Source: Schmidtea polychroa
Lineage: Eukaryota
Direction: 5' to 3'
Assembly: GCA_044892525.1 (NCBI GenBank)
Contig: CM097888.1
Location: 52,762,001-52,826,000 of the forward strand
DNA length: 64,000 nucleotides
In this document: positions 13,201 through 45,211 of the stretch, piece after piece
Numbering within the stretch: the stretch's first letter is position 1
Layout of the letters: the number at the start of each line of letters is the position of its first letter
The notes under the pieces: model-generated
Seen by the model: only the letters and a program-made list of their open reading frames with translations
Databases searched by the model: none
Told to the model about the DNA's origin: nothing
Made by a program: the position numbers and the translations under genes

Positions 13201-13391
13201 ATTACGACACTAGCCAAATTACATTGTTTTCACACTTATGTTGAACTGCATTTTCGGAGAAAAGTTGGGAGCAGTAAATGTCCATAAATCTAAGTAAAAT
13301 GGTTTGATTCGATTTTTCTATACCAAAATACAACTTTTTAACCATGTTTCCTTTCTTGAACTCAAAATTTATTAACATTCGACCCACCCTA
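10220..13391 (+). mobile_element. Apparently intact autonomous hAT-superfamily DNA transposon (hATm-like termini), 3172 bp
   Basis: Perfect 14-bp TIR TAGGGTGGGTCGAA (10220-10233) / TTCGACCCACCCTA (13378-13391); 8-bp TSD ATATTCAT (10212-10219) / ATATGCAT (13392-13399), 7/8; single long ORF inside. Confidence 0.9.
10719..12944 (+). CDS. hAT-like DDE transposase, 741 aa, uninterrupted
   Basis: Motifs in hAT order: FDGK (D1), CDGTNTNTG (D2), WLICLLH (CxxH), HSRWLT (RW), HSQAVER (E); bounded by TIRs and TSD. Confidence 0.88.
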   Translation: MKGQRNKQFRKTRSKSRHCLFGQTCELPRNQLPTCEDVFRDYCYNEKCTQFHTGFNEQATLLANKVKEIYMKASIPTVEFSSIVVRVKRLISKVRELEKYPECKRSSAKFQDKLSSFSKLFDICCCKCFNDGARGRSQCTCRLALKIPTLEWEFWIDQQTTRNMKIGNTDRQEISKLKRKQTKSSPTGKGKQMKNEIMDTEVNDLHPTSRSDTENEAASDESKDKLDNSTESSESSVEECDEFQNRRHYPELSKAVDRCGVSNRDTCLLVNAFLKDMELLSSQTIIDPAKLRCQRKYWREREIEQHSAEAKNLICLGFDGKQDSTLLHRRILKEEHYVIVAFPGDTYIDHVVPQSSKAVDIGKEIMSIIVSTQSSLTLQAIVCDGTNTNTGKNNGIIRRLEKSLGRPLQWLICLLHANELPFRKYFSVVDGGETKGPKTSCGEIGSVLDFDPKDKPVVAVMSLPGKVVDISENVKKELNTDQLYFLRVCLAVQKGYHNNKDVPFLQMAQPGNLNHSRWLTKANRILRLYMSETAPSELLMRIVKFIVNFYGPSWFYIKTHSSCQDGARDIFYMLQLLQDLDPSDQEIIFPVIQNNNYFSHPENILLAAVGDDDEEIRKFATEKIITARQNFLPSEVIRTMDKNTVFLQSSATSYVDMIDWTKCNLTPPPLLSHILDHELKMNKKITLEQFPCHSQAVERAIKDVSSASCKVFGHKSRHGMVLLCKKSRKELPKVQSKADFM

Positions 13392-13656
13392 ATATGCATA
13401 GAATGGTTAGAGTTTAAATATATGGCTAAGCCACATCCACTAACTTGCGTTAATGAATAATAATATTGCTTCATTACGAGAATGGCGCAAAATATCATGA
13501 TTTTTAGGCGAGATTCAGACTTAGAGGCGTTCAGTTTTAATCTCTCGGACAGTTGCTTCGTGCCACTGACCTTTCGATCAAGCACATTTACCAGTGATCC
13601 GAATCTGCGGTTCCTCTCGTACTGAGCAGAATTACTATTATCATGACAAATTATAT

Positions 13657-13693
<37 letters not shown>

Positions 13694-13734
13694 TCCAGCT
13701 CACGTTCCCTATTAGTTCCCTATTGATCCCAACG
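13392..13734 (-). rRNA. 28S rRNA fragment (dispersed pseudogene, includes sarcin-ricin loop)
   Basis: Minus strand has CTAATAGGGAACGTGAGCTGGATTTAGACCGTCGTGAGACAGGTTAGTTTTACCCTACT, the sarcin-ricin loop AGTACGAGAGGAAC (13610-13623) and ACTGAACGCCTCTAAGTCTGAATC; no 18S/5.8S or remaining 28S nearby. Confidence 0.93.
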
Positions 13735-15887
13735 TATATTACCAAATAATTATTACAATCTTTCTAAATGTACAATTTAATTAACACAACAAATATATAA
13801 AATAAATTATTCCGTTGATGTGATTAACTGTGCTATTGGGTAAGAAATAATATTTACCTTGTAATCATTAAGATCCAAATATCTCCGGAATCTCTTTTTA
13901 ACTAATTTATTTTGTTTTTTATAAATTTCCTTTTTACCTAATATTATTTTCTTCTTGCAGCGTAAAGCGCATTTCTGTAATTTTACTTCGCTATCTGATA
14001 TAATAATTCAGATGAAGAATGATTCGGATTCAATCTCTATTTTTATATAAACTCGCTACTTGGGCTTCCTTCGTCTTTTCCCCCAACTCCCCTTTAATCA
14101 TAATATATTAAAAATGATATAAAAAATTCAATGGGTTTACTTGCCAGACTTTTCTCCGAATTAATCAATTAACGGTTTCCTGTTATGACACGTTTTTATG
14201 CTTGAAGCATCCCCCATAAATTTTTCGATACTTTCATTTTCTCCATCGTAAAATTTTACTACCCTCACGCCTTGCGCCACGTTACAATACTTTCATGGGA
14301 CTTTATAACGTTTTAATAACTATGGGTACCTATTGAAAATTTAATTCCACTTAATTTAAATCATTTAATTAATCAACTAATTTAAATAATAGAAATTATT
14401 CGGTATCATTCAAATAAAGTAATTACAATCTTGAGTGGGAAAAAGAAATTTAACTAATTTTTTCAGCTTAATAATTTTAAAAATTAACATTAAATGTATA
14501 TGAAATGTCGTATGAAATCTTTTGTTCAAATAAGAACCTAGTCAATTGCACGAAATAAAAATTATCCTTAAATTTAAGATTTTGAAATCACTTTTTTTCG
14601 TCAATGAATACATTTTACATTTTATTTTCTTTCGACTCACTTAACATTATATAAACTACACAATAATACCTCATTTTGCATTTATAACTGCTAGTAACAT
14701 TCTTCACAGTATGAACATATGATCCATCTAGCACGGTTGCTTCTGATTGGCTGAATAATAGAATGGCTCGTTCGAGTAATGAGTTATTCGGTTGGTCATT
14801 AGTCGGAGGACATTTTGATGAGTCTTATGTGATGAGTCAATGTAGAAATATAACAAAAGCAGTGAATCATTGCAAACTTATTTTGCCTCAGTCAAAAAAG
14901 AAATTTCGCAATATTTTATCTTGGGTTTTTATTTCAGAACCGATATTATTCGAAAATTTCCTTAATACTAATAATATTATTATTCATAAACTAAGACTTT
15001 TTACTTTTACATCTTTTTATTTCCTCAGCAATAAAAATATTATAATAATATCAGCAATATGTAATATTATAATAATTAGTATAACCATAATAATAATATT
15101 AATAATAAGANNNNNNNNNNNNNNNNNNNNNNNNNNNNNNNNNNNNNNNNNNNNNNNNNNNNNNNNNNNNNNNNNNNNNNNNNNNNNNNNNNNNNNNNNN
15201 NNNNNNNNNNNNNNNNNNNNNNNNNNNNNNNNNNNNNNNNNNNNNNNNNNNNNNNNNNNNNNNNNNNNNNNNNNNNNNNNNNNNNNNNNNNNNNNNNNNN
15301 NNNNNNNNNNNNNNNNNTAATAAATAATAATTATAATAAAACAATAAAGTGATAATTTAAGCCTTTTGCTGCGAATAATGTATTTAATGAAAAAATTTTC
15401 GACTATAAGATAGTCCTTGTCAATCTCCTGGAATTTAGCAATATCCTTCCCGAAAATACATTTCCATCTTTCTTTTATTTCTTTTTTCTTAATTCTCATT
15501 GGTTATAAATATAATATATATAATGATATACTTTCTTTTTCTGGATTTTTTTTTAAAAATTTTACTTAAAATTAAAATTAAAATAAAATAAATATCATTT
15601 AAAATTCAAAATGACAAAAACTAAAACCTTTAAATTTTTCAAAGCTTCTATAATTAGCTTCTAGAAGCCCAATAAAATATTTCAAAATATTTCAAAATAT
15701 TTTAAAATAAAACCTTCAATAACCATTTATATAAGCTATTTAAATATTTCAATAAATGTGTCTATTTTGATTTTTAAATCCTATCTTTTGAAAGTATATT
15801 TCCTAAAATTTTCTATATTATTTTAATTATTACTTTTTTTAAATTCATTATGTTTTATTTTTTATATATTATCAGATATTCTCAAGG

Positions 15888-16394
15888 TCAATGACAACAG
15901 ACCAAATTCATGATTTCATTGATTTCTTCTTTAGTGTTGATTTTTGGCTGCCTGTTTATGATGAGAATTGCTTCTTTGAATCTGACATTTTTCTTTTGGA
16001 TGTTTTCCATTACCTATGATTTCGATTGAAATATTTTTTCTTTCCTCTGTTGGTTGACATTGTTGGAGATGTCTGTTTATCAAGGATATTCCACCAGGAT
16101 CTAGATGTTCTTTAACTCTTTGGTGTTACGTCCTGAGTGTACTTCCAATGTAGATTTCATTGGATACATTTCACGTGATGACGATGTCTTTTTTTCTAAA
16201 CAACATATCTTTCGGTGTCTGGCAGTTTTCCATTGTGCAATTGTTTTCTCAATTTGTATTGTTTGCCAGAGGTTTTCTCAATGTCCAAGATTTATGTGCT
16301 ATCCGAATTGGAAGACCGGTACGTTTAAGTTCTTTCAGGATCTTGAAGTCGAGTATATCACTGATGAATGGGATATTAAGAAATCATCACTTTA
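15888..16394 (-). mobile_element. Penelope-like element fragment (RT C-terminus plus GIY-YIG endonuclease)
   Basis: Minus strand: ...IYIGSTLRT*HQRVKEHL...RFKEAILIINRQPKINTKEE, the PLE GIY-YIG pattern YIGxTxRxLxxRxxEH...ExxxI...PxLN; runs into an N-gap at 16395. Confidence 0.8.
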
Positions 16395-16909
16395 NNNNNN
16401 NNNNNNNNNNNNNNNNNNNNNNNNNNNNNNNNNNNNNNNNNNNNNNNNNNNNNNNNNNNNNNNNNNNNNNNNNNNNNNNNNNNNNNNNNNNNNNNNNNNN
16501 NNNNNNNNNNNNNNNNNNNNNNNNNNNNNNNNNNNNNNNNNNNNNNNNNNNNNNNNNNNNNNNNNNNNNNNNNNNNNNNNNNNNNNNNNNNNNNNNNNNN
16601 NNNNNNNNNNNNNNNNNNNNNNNNGTAATAATTATGTTCCTCACATTACAATGACAACTCCAAAGGGAACAAATGTCATGAAATGAAAATTGCAAAACTT
16701 GACAAGCCAATAAATAATAAAATATGTTTATTGCCTGACATCAAACGATACATGTTCCTCAATTTCACTTATAAACTTCATTCACACCAGGAATATCAAC
16801 AAGTTTAATCTTAAATTTAAAACGAAAAATATCTGCATTTATTTACAGAGGTATTTGGATTAAAATGTTAATTTTTATCTTATTTACACTGTCGAGGAAA
16901 TCGAACAAC

Positions 16910-37213
<20,304 letters not shown>

Positions 37214-37577
37214 GATGATTAAATCGCAGATAAAAATTAAAAGGTTAAGTTTCAATTTTTAAAAATAAAATTTTTTAATCATAATAAAATTTAAATAATA
37301 TATGACAGAAACGGATGAGATCACATATTTAAACAAGCGTATTAAGTATATTTGGTCATATTGATTGTTAAATGTTTTGTGCTACCTTTTCGTTTTTAGT
37401 TTAAAATTTTTATACAAATTATTGTTTTATCATTTGCACTTTTTATTAGTTTATGAATAACTTTAAAAATTTTGAATTTTGACATTTAGTTGTTAGTTTT
37501 CTATTACGATAACTCCATTCTTTCTGGTTTGAAATCTGTTTGATATTGCATTCCTTTAAAATGTTTTTACTCTAAAA

Positions 37578-40356
37578 CAGTGATGGGGGAACTATGGCAC
37601 GTTTGAGCTTTCAATTTGACCCACTCTTCGTTCCAGAATATTTGATAAAAAAAGTTAAAATAAAAATTTTAATTTTTTTCTTATTTTTTAATAATGTTTT
37701 AACGTAACGAAAATTATATATTCAGTTGATCAGAAATTTGTAAATTTTGAAATTACAAAATTTTAGTTCCAAATTTTATAATTTTAATAATGTCTTAACA
37801 TGTTATTTTGCATTCATATTTAATTACTTTTTGGGTGAATTTTTATGTAAGAACTGTTTACAATTATTTTTATTTAAACTTTTGAATAATATTAATGTAC
37901 GTGCGTTTTTTTAAAAATAAATAATTGTGTGAAATCTGAAATGAGTAGTGAAGGTAAGAAAAGAAAGAAGGATTCGGAATATAAAAGCTTTAATGCGGAA
38001 TGGAAATGGAAATATTGTTTTACAATGTATAATAATAAGCCTTTGTGCTTGTTATGTAATGAAAATGTTTCCGTGCCTATAGAATATAACATTTCAAGAT
38101 ATTTTAATATAGGACATGGTTCTTCTTCTTATATGGCTCTGACTAAAATTGAAAAAGAAGTCCGAGTTAATGAGCTAATAAAGTCACTTAGTGCACAACA
38201 TAATCTATTCACTAAAACGACTGCTTCGCAAAAATCAGCTACAAAGGCAAGTTATGCTGTGGTGTTTAAAATTGCTCAAGCTAACTAGACGTTTTGTGAT
38301 GCAAATTTGTGAAAGAGTGTGTATTGGCAATGTGTGATAATATCTGTTCTGAGAAAAAAGGATTTTCAATCAGTGTCGTTGTCGCGTAGGGTTATTACCG
38401 AAAGAATAGAAAAAATAGATGAAATTTTATACTCGGGTTTGTTAAAAACATCTATTAATTTTACTTTTTTTCTATAACGATGGACGAAAGTACCGATATC
38501 AACCCTAACCGAATATTTATTAGAGGTGTTGGGTTTTATGATATCAAAATCAACCGTTGGTTACTTTGACTCCACGTGTTCCAAAATCAATAAACAAAAA
38601 CTCCCAACGTATATTTGTTTTATAACAATTCACAACTCAACAATTAATCACACTGTTGGTTAATCATAATTCTTACACAATTTCAGATCGAACTCCGCTC
38701 TGGAAGGTCTCGGCCTTGTACGATTTAAAAAAATAGGTTTCACCTTTTGTTTGATTCCGCTCTCTGATCCGAACTCTTTTAATATTCCTTTCTGACTCCT
38801 AAATTCCTCTTATAATTCCTTTTTCCCTTTATTTTTATTCCTCGAACTCCTATCGTCTGTTTCTTCGTATCCCTACCTAAGGCTATCGCCCCTTATGTGA
38901 ATTTTGAGTTTCCTTATATACTCCCATAATCGTTGTAATTGCCCCATTTTTGACCTAATTGGTTTTGACTTCTTCAGCTATCATTCCCTAATTGACTATT
39001 TTTGTTGACCCTCTTCGTAATTCCCTGTCTTTTGTTTACCCTCGTTTATCCGATTGTTTGGATAATTGCCATCTGAATTCCTCGTTTGTTTACCCTTCCA
39101 AATTGCCGTGCTCGGGTTTTCTTCATCGCTCGGGTTCTCCATTGGCTCGGGCTTCCCATTAGCTCGGGTTTCCCATTAGCCAATTAATTAATTAATTAAT
39201 ATTTTACGTTTTTCCACATTTGTCTGTTTTACGACCCTTTCTACACATTTTCTAACAATTTCTTGCTCACTGTCTTCTTCACCATCCCTTAATCTACCCC
39301 TCTCCTGTTTTCCAGCTTCAATTTCGATAACTTTTCACTTTATTCCACTTCCTCCGGTTTGCGCATTTTCCCATTTCATGTCTGATTGTACCCTTTTATA
39401 GTTCTGTTTTTATCATATCTTTCTTTGCCATTGCTTCTCTGCTTGACCGCCATTCAATTTCGGCTTTCCTTTTAATCTGAACTATATAATTTAATAATTT
39501 ATTTTCAAACCTCAACAGAGGTGTAATGAGAATTTCGATATCACAGAAGAGCTACTTTCTCTACAATCTATAAAAGGAACTACAACAGGTTTGGATATAT
39601 TCAGAGAATTCAAAAAGAGCATAACGTCCTTAAATTTAAATATTAATAAGTTAGTTAATATTACAACTGATGTTGCAACAAATATGATTGTCCAAAATAT
39701 TGGTTTCAAAGTAACTTTCAAAAAGAATATCCAGAAGATTTAGTTGTGTTTCTACATTGTATAATTCACCAAGACGCTTTATGCAATGCAGCTTTTAACG
39801 TGAAAGATTTTGGTTTTGCATGCACAAAAAATGATGGTGATGTTTGGATCATCATATATATGTGAACAAGTACTTTCGACAATGAAGCTCAGAAAAACTT
39901 CAGCCCGAAATAGACTTACTGATAGTCACCTTGGTTCAATTTATGAATAAGTTCTTCTCAGATGGAGCCTAACTTCGATGAAATTATAAAAAACCAATCA
40001 CAATTTCAATTTTCATCCTCTTCTATAAATTAAGAGCAGTATAATTATAGTGATTGTAAGATTTTTTTTAAAATAAAATAAAAATTTATTTGTATTATTT
40101 TCAGAGTATGGAATAGAACTGAACAGTATGGAACTGCCATCAAGATGAAAATATATTAATTTCTATTTTCTTTTTTATAACAAATATATGTGTAAAATAT
40201 ATTTAAAAACAAAAATGTTTCGACTTAAGTATTGTGTCATATTAAAAATATAAATTAATATCGCATGACTCATGTTTTAACAAATAATTTTTTGGCCCGC
40301 ACTCAAATCGAAATTGGACTGTATGGTCTAAACGATGAAAAATTCCCCCATCACTG
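37578..40356 (+). mobile_element. Decayed hAT (SPIN/GTF2IRD2-like) element interrupted by a solo LTR
   Basis: 14-bp TIR CAGTGATGGGGGAA; TSD CTCTAAAA/TTCTAAAA; remnants KKRKKDSEYKSFNAEWKWKYCF...KPLCLLC (37929-38288), DESTDI...IFIRG and ENFDITEELLSLQSIKGTTTGLDIF on either side of the LTR. Confidence 0.88.
38527..39517 (-). mobile_element. Solo LTR, 991 bp
   Basis: Termini TGTTGGG...CCTCAACA; 4-bp TSD GAGG; homologous core with 45212-46260; TATA-like GGAGTATATAAGG on minus (38912-38924). Confidence 0.85.
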
Positions 40357-41397
40357 TTCTAAAAGATAACTAAATATTGAAGTCAAAATTATGATGGTGT
40401 CTCATGAAAATAATAGGATCACAATGTCGGTCATTATATAACATTCATATATTTAACAAAAGATATATAAAATATTAATTATTCAACATACTATTGACTA
40501 CAGAGAAAGATGTGTCAACCAATTTGTAGGATGAAGAATGGTAACCCAAACACTTGCAATATTTGAGCTTACAATCCAAAATCCCGAATCAAAAATTAAC
40601 AAGCCTGCATATATATCGTGGACGAATTTGGTCTTGCGAAAAATGTTTGAAACACAACACAAAGAGGCTGTTGGGCAGGCGGCTGAAGCAATTAAGTCTC
40701 CCGGTTTCTAGGAAATAGTTGCTTCAAAATAGTTTACATCCCATCGCTCTATCATAAAACTAAACTCAATGTAATGATGATATAATATACAAATCATAAC
40801 ATTATCTCGTGTAAGTTAAGATGAATCAAAATGCAGTATCATGGAGGAGTTATTGCAAGATAATACTGAATTACTTTGAATATCACTGTAACCTCGCACT
40901 ACTCATTATCTTGAGGTCCACAGTCTTTAAAATATTTCCCAGCTTCTTCTTATAGGCTGGCTCAGGTGCAAAATATACAATTGTTCACTTTATTGACTGC
41001 ATTTTTGGATGGGTTTGCTTAAAATAATCAACAGTTTCTTCACTTAAGAATTGATTAAGAATTCAGATTTGTGAAAAGAGAATTTTTGAATGTAGCACTC
41101 GAATTTCCAGTGTTAACTCTCGAATTTACCTTGCAAAACTTCAACTCATTGCAAACATACAGACACTATAGAATTGTATTTATTGGACATACAGACATAC
41201 ATAATCGGATATACATTTTTGTTAATCTCCATATATACAAACATCATTCCATCAATAATTTACATACATTTGTTCAAGCAATTATCTAGATACTTTTAGC
41301 AATCTGAATATCAAATTGTTTGAGATCCTTTTCGACTAGAGTGATTCATTATTAGTGAGATATTAGTAAATAGTGTGACTGGAGACACGTCCCAATA

Positions 41398-42100
41398 TGG
41401 CGACCACAATCGGGTCAATTAATTCAAGATATAAATTCAATTATTTCAAAGTAAAAATAATGTAATGGTAGCAATAATTTGTTAATTGAGCAATATTTAT
41501 TTTGTTGTTATTATTTTTAGTGTCTTTAAGAAATATTTTAACAAATAAATAAAATAAAGTTTAATTTATTTATATAAATATGTTTTACCCAAAACCTTTA
41601 TGCTAGACAACCGGAATATAAATTACAAAGATTCTAAATCGACAACAAACAAATGAAAAGATTAGAGAAAAGCGAAAAATTGGTTATCAAGAAATTCTAA
41701 TCAACAGAATAGAAGGAATTCATATCCAAATGCTAATACTCGTCCAATAAGATACGAAAGGTGTAAGAACAGATGATAGTAAAATTGATGTCATTTGACA
41801 ATTTGAAAGACCAAAGTGCTTAAAAAGACTGAGGAGTTTTTAGAGATTCACAAATTACTATCAAAACTTTATTGAAAATAATGCAAAACTTTTAAAAGGA
41901 GTTACTAAAGTTATGTGGCAGCAATCGAGCAAATTTATTATGAAACTTTATTTCAAAGTATGAAAGAACAATTGTCAAAAGCACCAAACTGGCTTTCTAT
42001 ATTTTAGAAAGTAATCTATACTAGATACAGATATTTTGTTAGTCAACCTTTGAACAAAATGAAATTAAATTAAAAAGAACATGAATGGAAAGGACAAAAA
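41398..42100 (+). mobile_element. Highly decayed Ty3/gypsy remnant (PBS-like motif plus RT/connection fragment)
   Basis: TGGCGACCAC at 41398 after ...CCCAATA; ~41750-41900 translates EGVRTDDSKIDVI*QFERPKCLKRLRSF, homologous to EGIQTDSSKIQAIQNFGKPSCVKKL in ORF 59981-60376; end approximate. Confidence 0.6.
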
Positions 42101-42956
42101 TATCAGGCTAATTAAAGCAACGTGGCATGACTTTACTTAATTAAAAGAATTGCAGGTGAAAATCATATGGTTTGGTTATATGGCTAATATGAATTGAGCA
42201 CGCAACAACTTGAACACTGAAAAAAGAGAGTTCTCGGAGAATGTTTGTAAGTTAGAAATTACTTAGAGTTTGAAATATTCTCAAAGTGTATTATATAACA
42301 GAATAACACGATTTGAAAATTTGGTGCATGACATCTTACCATCAAAACACTTACTGTTGAGAAACCTTAAAGCTGTCGCTAAAGGTATTGTGCAACAAAA
42401 AATTGTCTCAATGAGGAGTTTCTGAAATGTAATAATTATTCGATAATATTGAGCTATAAATCCAACTCCATTTTCAAAAGAACAATAACTCAGCAAAATT
42501 ACTTTAATAATCATTGCAAATTACAAGTAGGTAACATTGAAACGAATCTGATTAACTCTACTGAAAACCGCTTTCTTCTCTTTATAAATCCTCTTTTCCT
42601 AATTTATTTATTCACTTTTTTTTATCTTTGACCAGAATGGCGATTTGGTTAAATTTTCAGTTTCTTTAAAGGAATCTCTTTCGTCGTTGGTCAAACGAAA
42701 CTTAATTATTGGGCCACAAGAAGCCGGAAAAGCTTTTCTTGATTAAATTTATTTGTTTTTTAGATATTTAATAAATTTGTATTTTCTAAATAATTTCGTG
42801 TAGGGATCCAAATCTTTTTTACATTGTTATATTCGTATTTGCCTCACTGCCGAAAAATATTAATTTTTCATCTTTTTCAATTTTTAATTGATTTTACGTT
42901 AAAATTTGTGATTAGATATGGAGAACATCATCACATCTTTCTATGACGTGTGAAAT

Positions 42957-43614
42957 CGTATTCCGACAATCCGCCAACACGACAATCCAGCAAGTACGAC
43001 AATTCGCCAAACGACAATCCGCCAAATGACAATCCGCCAACAGACAATCCGCCAACACTAAAAAATTGGCCAACGCTGACATTTATAAAAAAAAATATTT
43101 GTAAGTCATCATATTAAAATTAATTCACATGTACTTGTTTAAAAGTTACTTTTTGTCTTTTGTAGTACCGTAAGATTTGAAAACAGTTAACTACGCTAGA
43201 AAACTCAAGTCCTTTGTTGTGTATAGCTCAAAGGGAAGCGTATCATCCATCTTTTTTAAATGAAAATTTTTAAGTTTAAGTAATTTTAATATTAACTCGC
43301 AAAATGTCAATTAATTATTTTTTGCAATTAAATTGAAAATTAATATTTACCTCTCAGCCAGTTAAATTGTTTAAATATTTAATTAAAATTTTATATTAAA
43401 CAATTACTAGTTGATTCTTATCTTTCAGCGGAGAATTTATTATTAAAATTTTAAAAATATAATAAATTTAAAATGTATGTATGTTAAAACAAAAATTTAT
43501 CGACTTTTTGGCAGATTGTTGCTTTGAACTATTTGGTGGATTGTCATTTGGCGAATTGTTGTTTGGTAGATTGTCGCCAGCCTATTAATGATTTGGCGGA
43601 TTGTCGTACAACCG
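42957..43614. mobile_element. MITE with inverted subterminal tandem repeats (GACAATCCGCCA)
   Basis: About six CGACAATCCGCCA-like units at left, inverted units (TGGCGGATTGTCG) at right; flanked by direct repeat (G)TGTGAAAT (8-9 bp TSD). Confidence 0.85.
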
Positions 43615-43637
43615 TGTGAAATATTGCTATGGGATTA

Positions 43638-43835
43638 CCGTATATACTCGTGTATAAGCCGAGAAATTTTGGGCAATTTTTTAAGCTAACATGTCAAAAA
43701 CAAGATTTTGTGATTATTTAAATAATTCGTCAGATTTTAGCTATTTTTTTTACCTCGGCTTATATACGGGTACTTGATTTTGGACAAAAAAATGACTATA
43801 AAAACTCACTTCGGCTTATATACGAGTATATACGG
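43638..43835. mobile_element. Tc1/mariner-superfamily (Tc2/pogo-like) MITE, 198 bp
   Basis: 25-bp TIR CCGTATATACTCGT(G/A)TATAAGCCGA with one mismatch; TA target duplication. Confidence 0.88.
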
Positions 43836-45211
43836 TAACTTGCAGAGTTATACAGTACAAGTATGACCATTTATAGTCAATAGTCATAGCATCAAAAGGA
43901 AGTTTGAGGGAAATTACATTTTTAAATTATTTTAATAAAAATATAAATTTATTGAACATTAATTATTTTGTCGTAATTTTTTGTATTTTCATTTCTAAAT
44001 TAAAAATGCTTATAAATCAAATGATCCAATAGCTTAAATTTTTTAATATTTTTATAAAAATATAAATTTATTGAGCATTTTTTGTTGTATTTACATTTCT
44101 AAATTAAGAATAAAAATTTTAATATAAACATAAATTTAAAATCACTGTTTAAATAATTGGAAAATAATTATTATTGAATTTTTGAAATTAAATAATAATA
44201 AGTGATTCCATCTTCAGCTCCATTTTGTAATTTTGCAATGTGGCGTTCCAATGATGGTAAATTAATGTTCTATTTTTTCTATAGGGAAAATAGAAAAATT
44301 TATAATCCTATTTTTGTTCTGTTTGATAGATTTTGTTGATCTAATAGTTTTTATTATGAACTAAAACAATATGTCAATTGGTGACAAACCATTTTTAATG
44401 TGAATTGTCAAATATTTAAACTTAAATATTAATTCTTTTAATATCATTAAAGCAAAAGATTATTACAAATTTACAAGATTATTAATGATTAAGAAATGTT
44501 TTCAATATTAAATTTGAAAACATTTTATATAATGACAGGAAATCAGATAAAAGTATTCAATCAAAAATAATCTTTCCAAATCATCTCCAATGTCGGCAGC
44601 TAAATATTGGAAAAGTATAGCAAAGTCATTGCGTGTCTGTATTTAGATCGCCATTGATAATTGAATTAGTTTTATAATTCTGATACGGTAAAACAAGCAA
44701 AATATTTACAATTATTATGTGGAATTAAATCTAGAAAAACGATTTTCTAATATTCTAAAAGACTGTGTCTAAATATATCAGAGCTTGACTGATGGATGGA
44801 TCCTAGAAATTATTTAAATTATATTGTTTATAAATTATGTATCCCATGAGCAGAGGAGTTGAGAGAAATTACGGTTCCCATTGGCAATATTAAATATTTA
44901 CAGGGACCTTGATCATGAGATAATTATAAATAAAAATAGAATACAGAGGTTCTCAATTAATATAAAAACGCCGAACACCATTCACATGACAAGAAAATAC
45001 TTATTGAAATAGTATTGAAATCTTATATAAGGAGCAGAATCTATCAAATTTCTATTTATTAGAAATTATTAACTAGCTAAAAAATATTCAAGTAAATACT
45101 TAAATAAATATTTAAATAAGTAAGTAAATATATAAATTATTTTGATATATTTATTCAAAGGTTCGCTTCAATATACAGATTTTGTTTTTTATAAGAGATA
45201 TCGAGTGATAC

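Noticed and set aside
42957-43075. Repeat array as possible CRISPR
   Set aside because: 12-13 bp units with 1-5 nt spacers, mirrored at the other end of a MITE; eukaryotic context.
44170-45060. Possible P-element/THAP9-like remnant (HDKKILIEIVLKSYIRSRIYQI)
   Set aside because: Only one short motif resemblance; no TIRs found.
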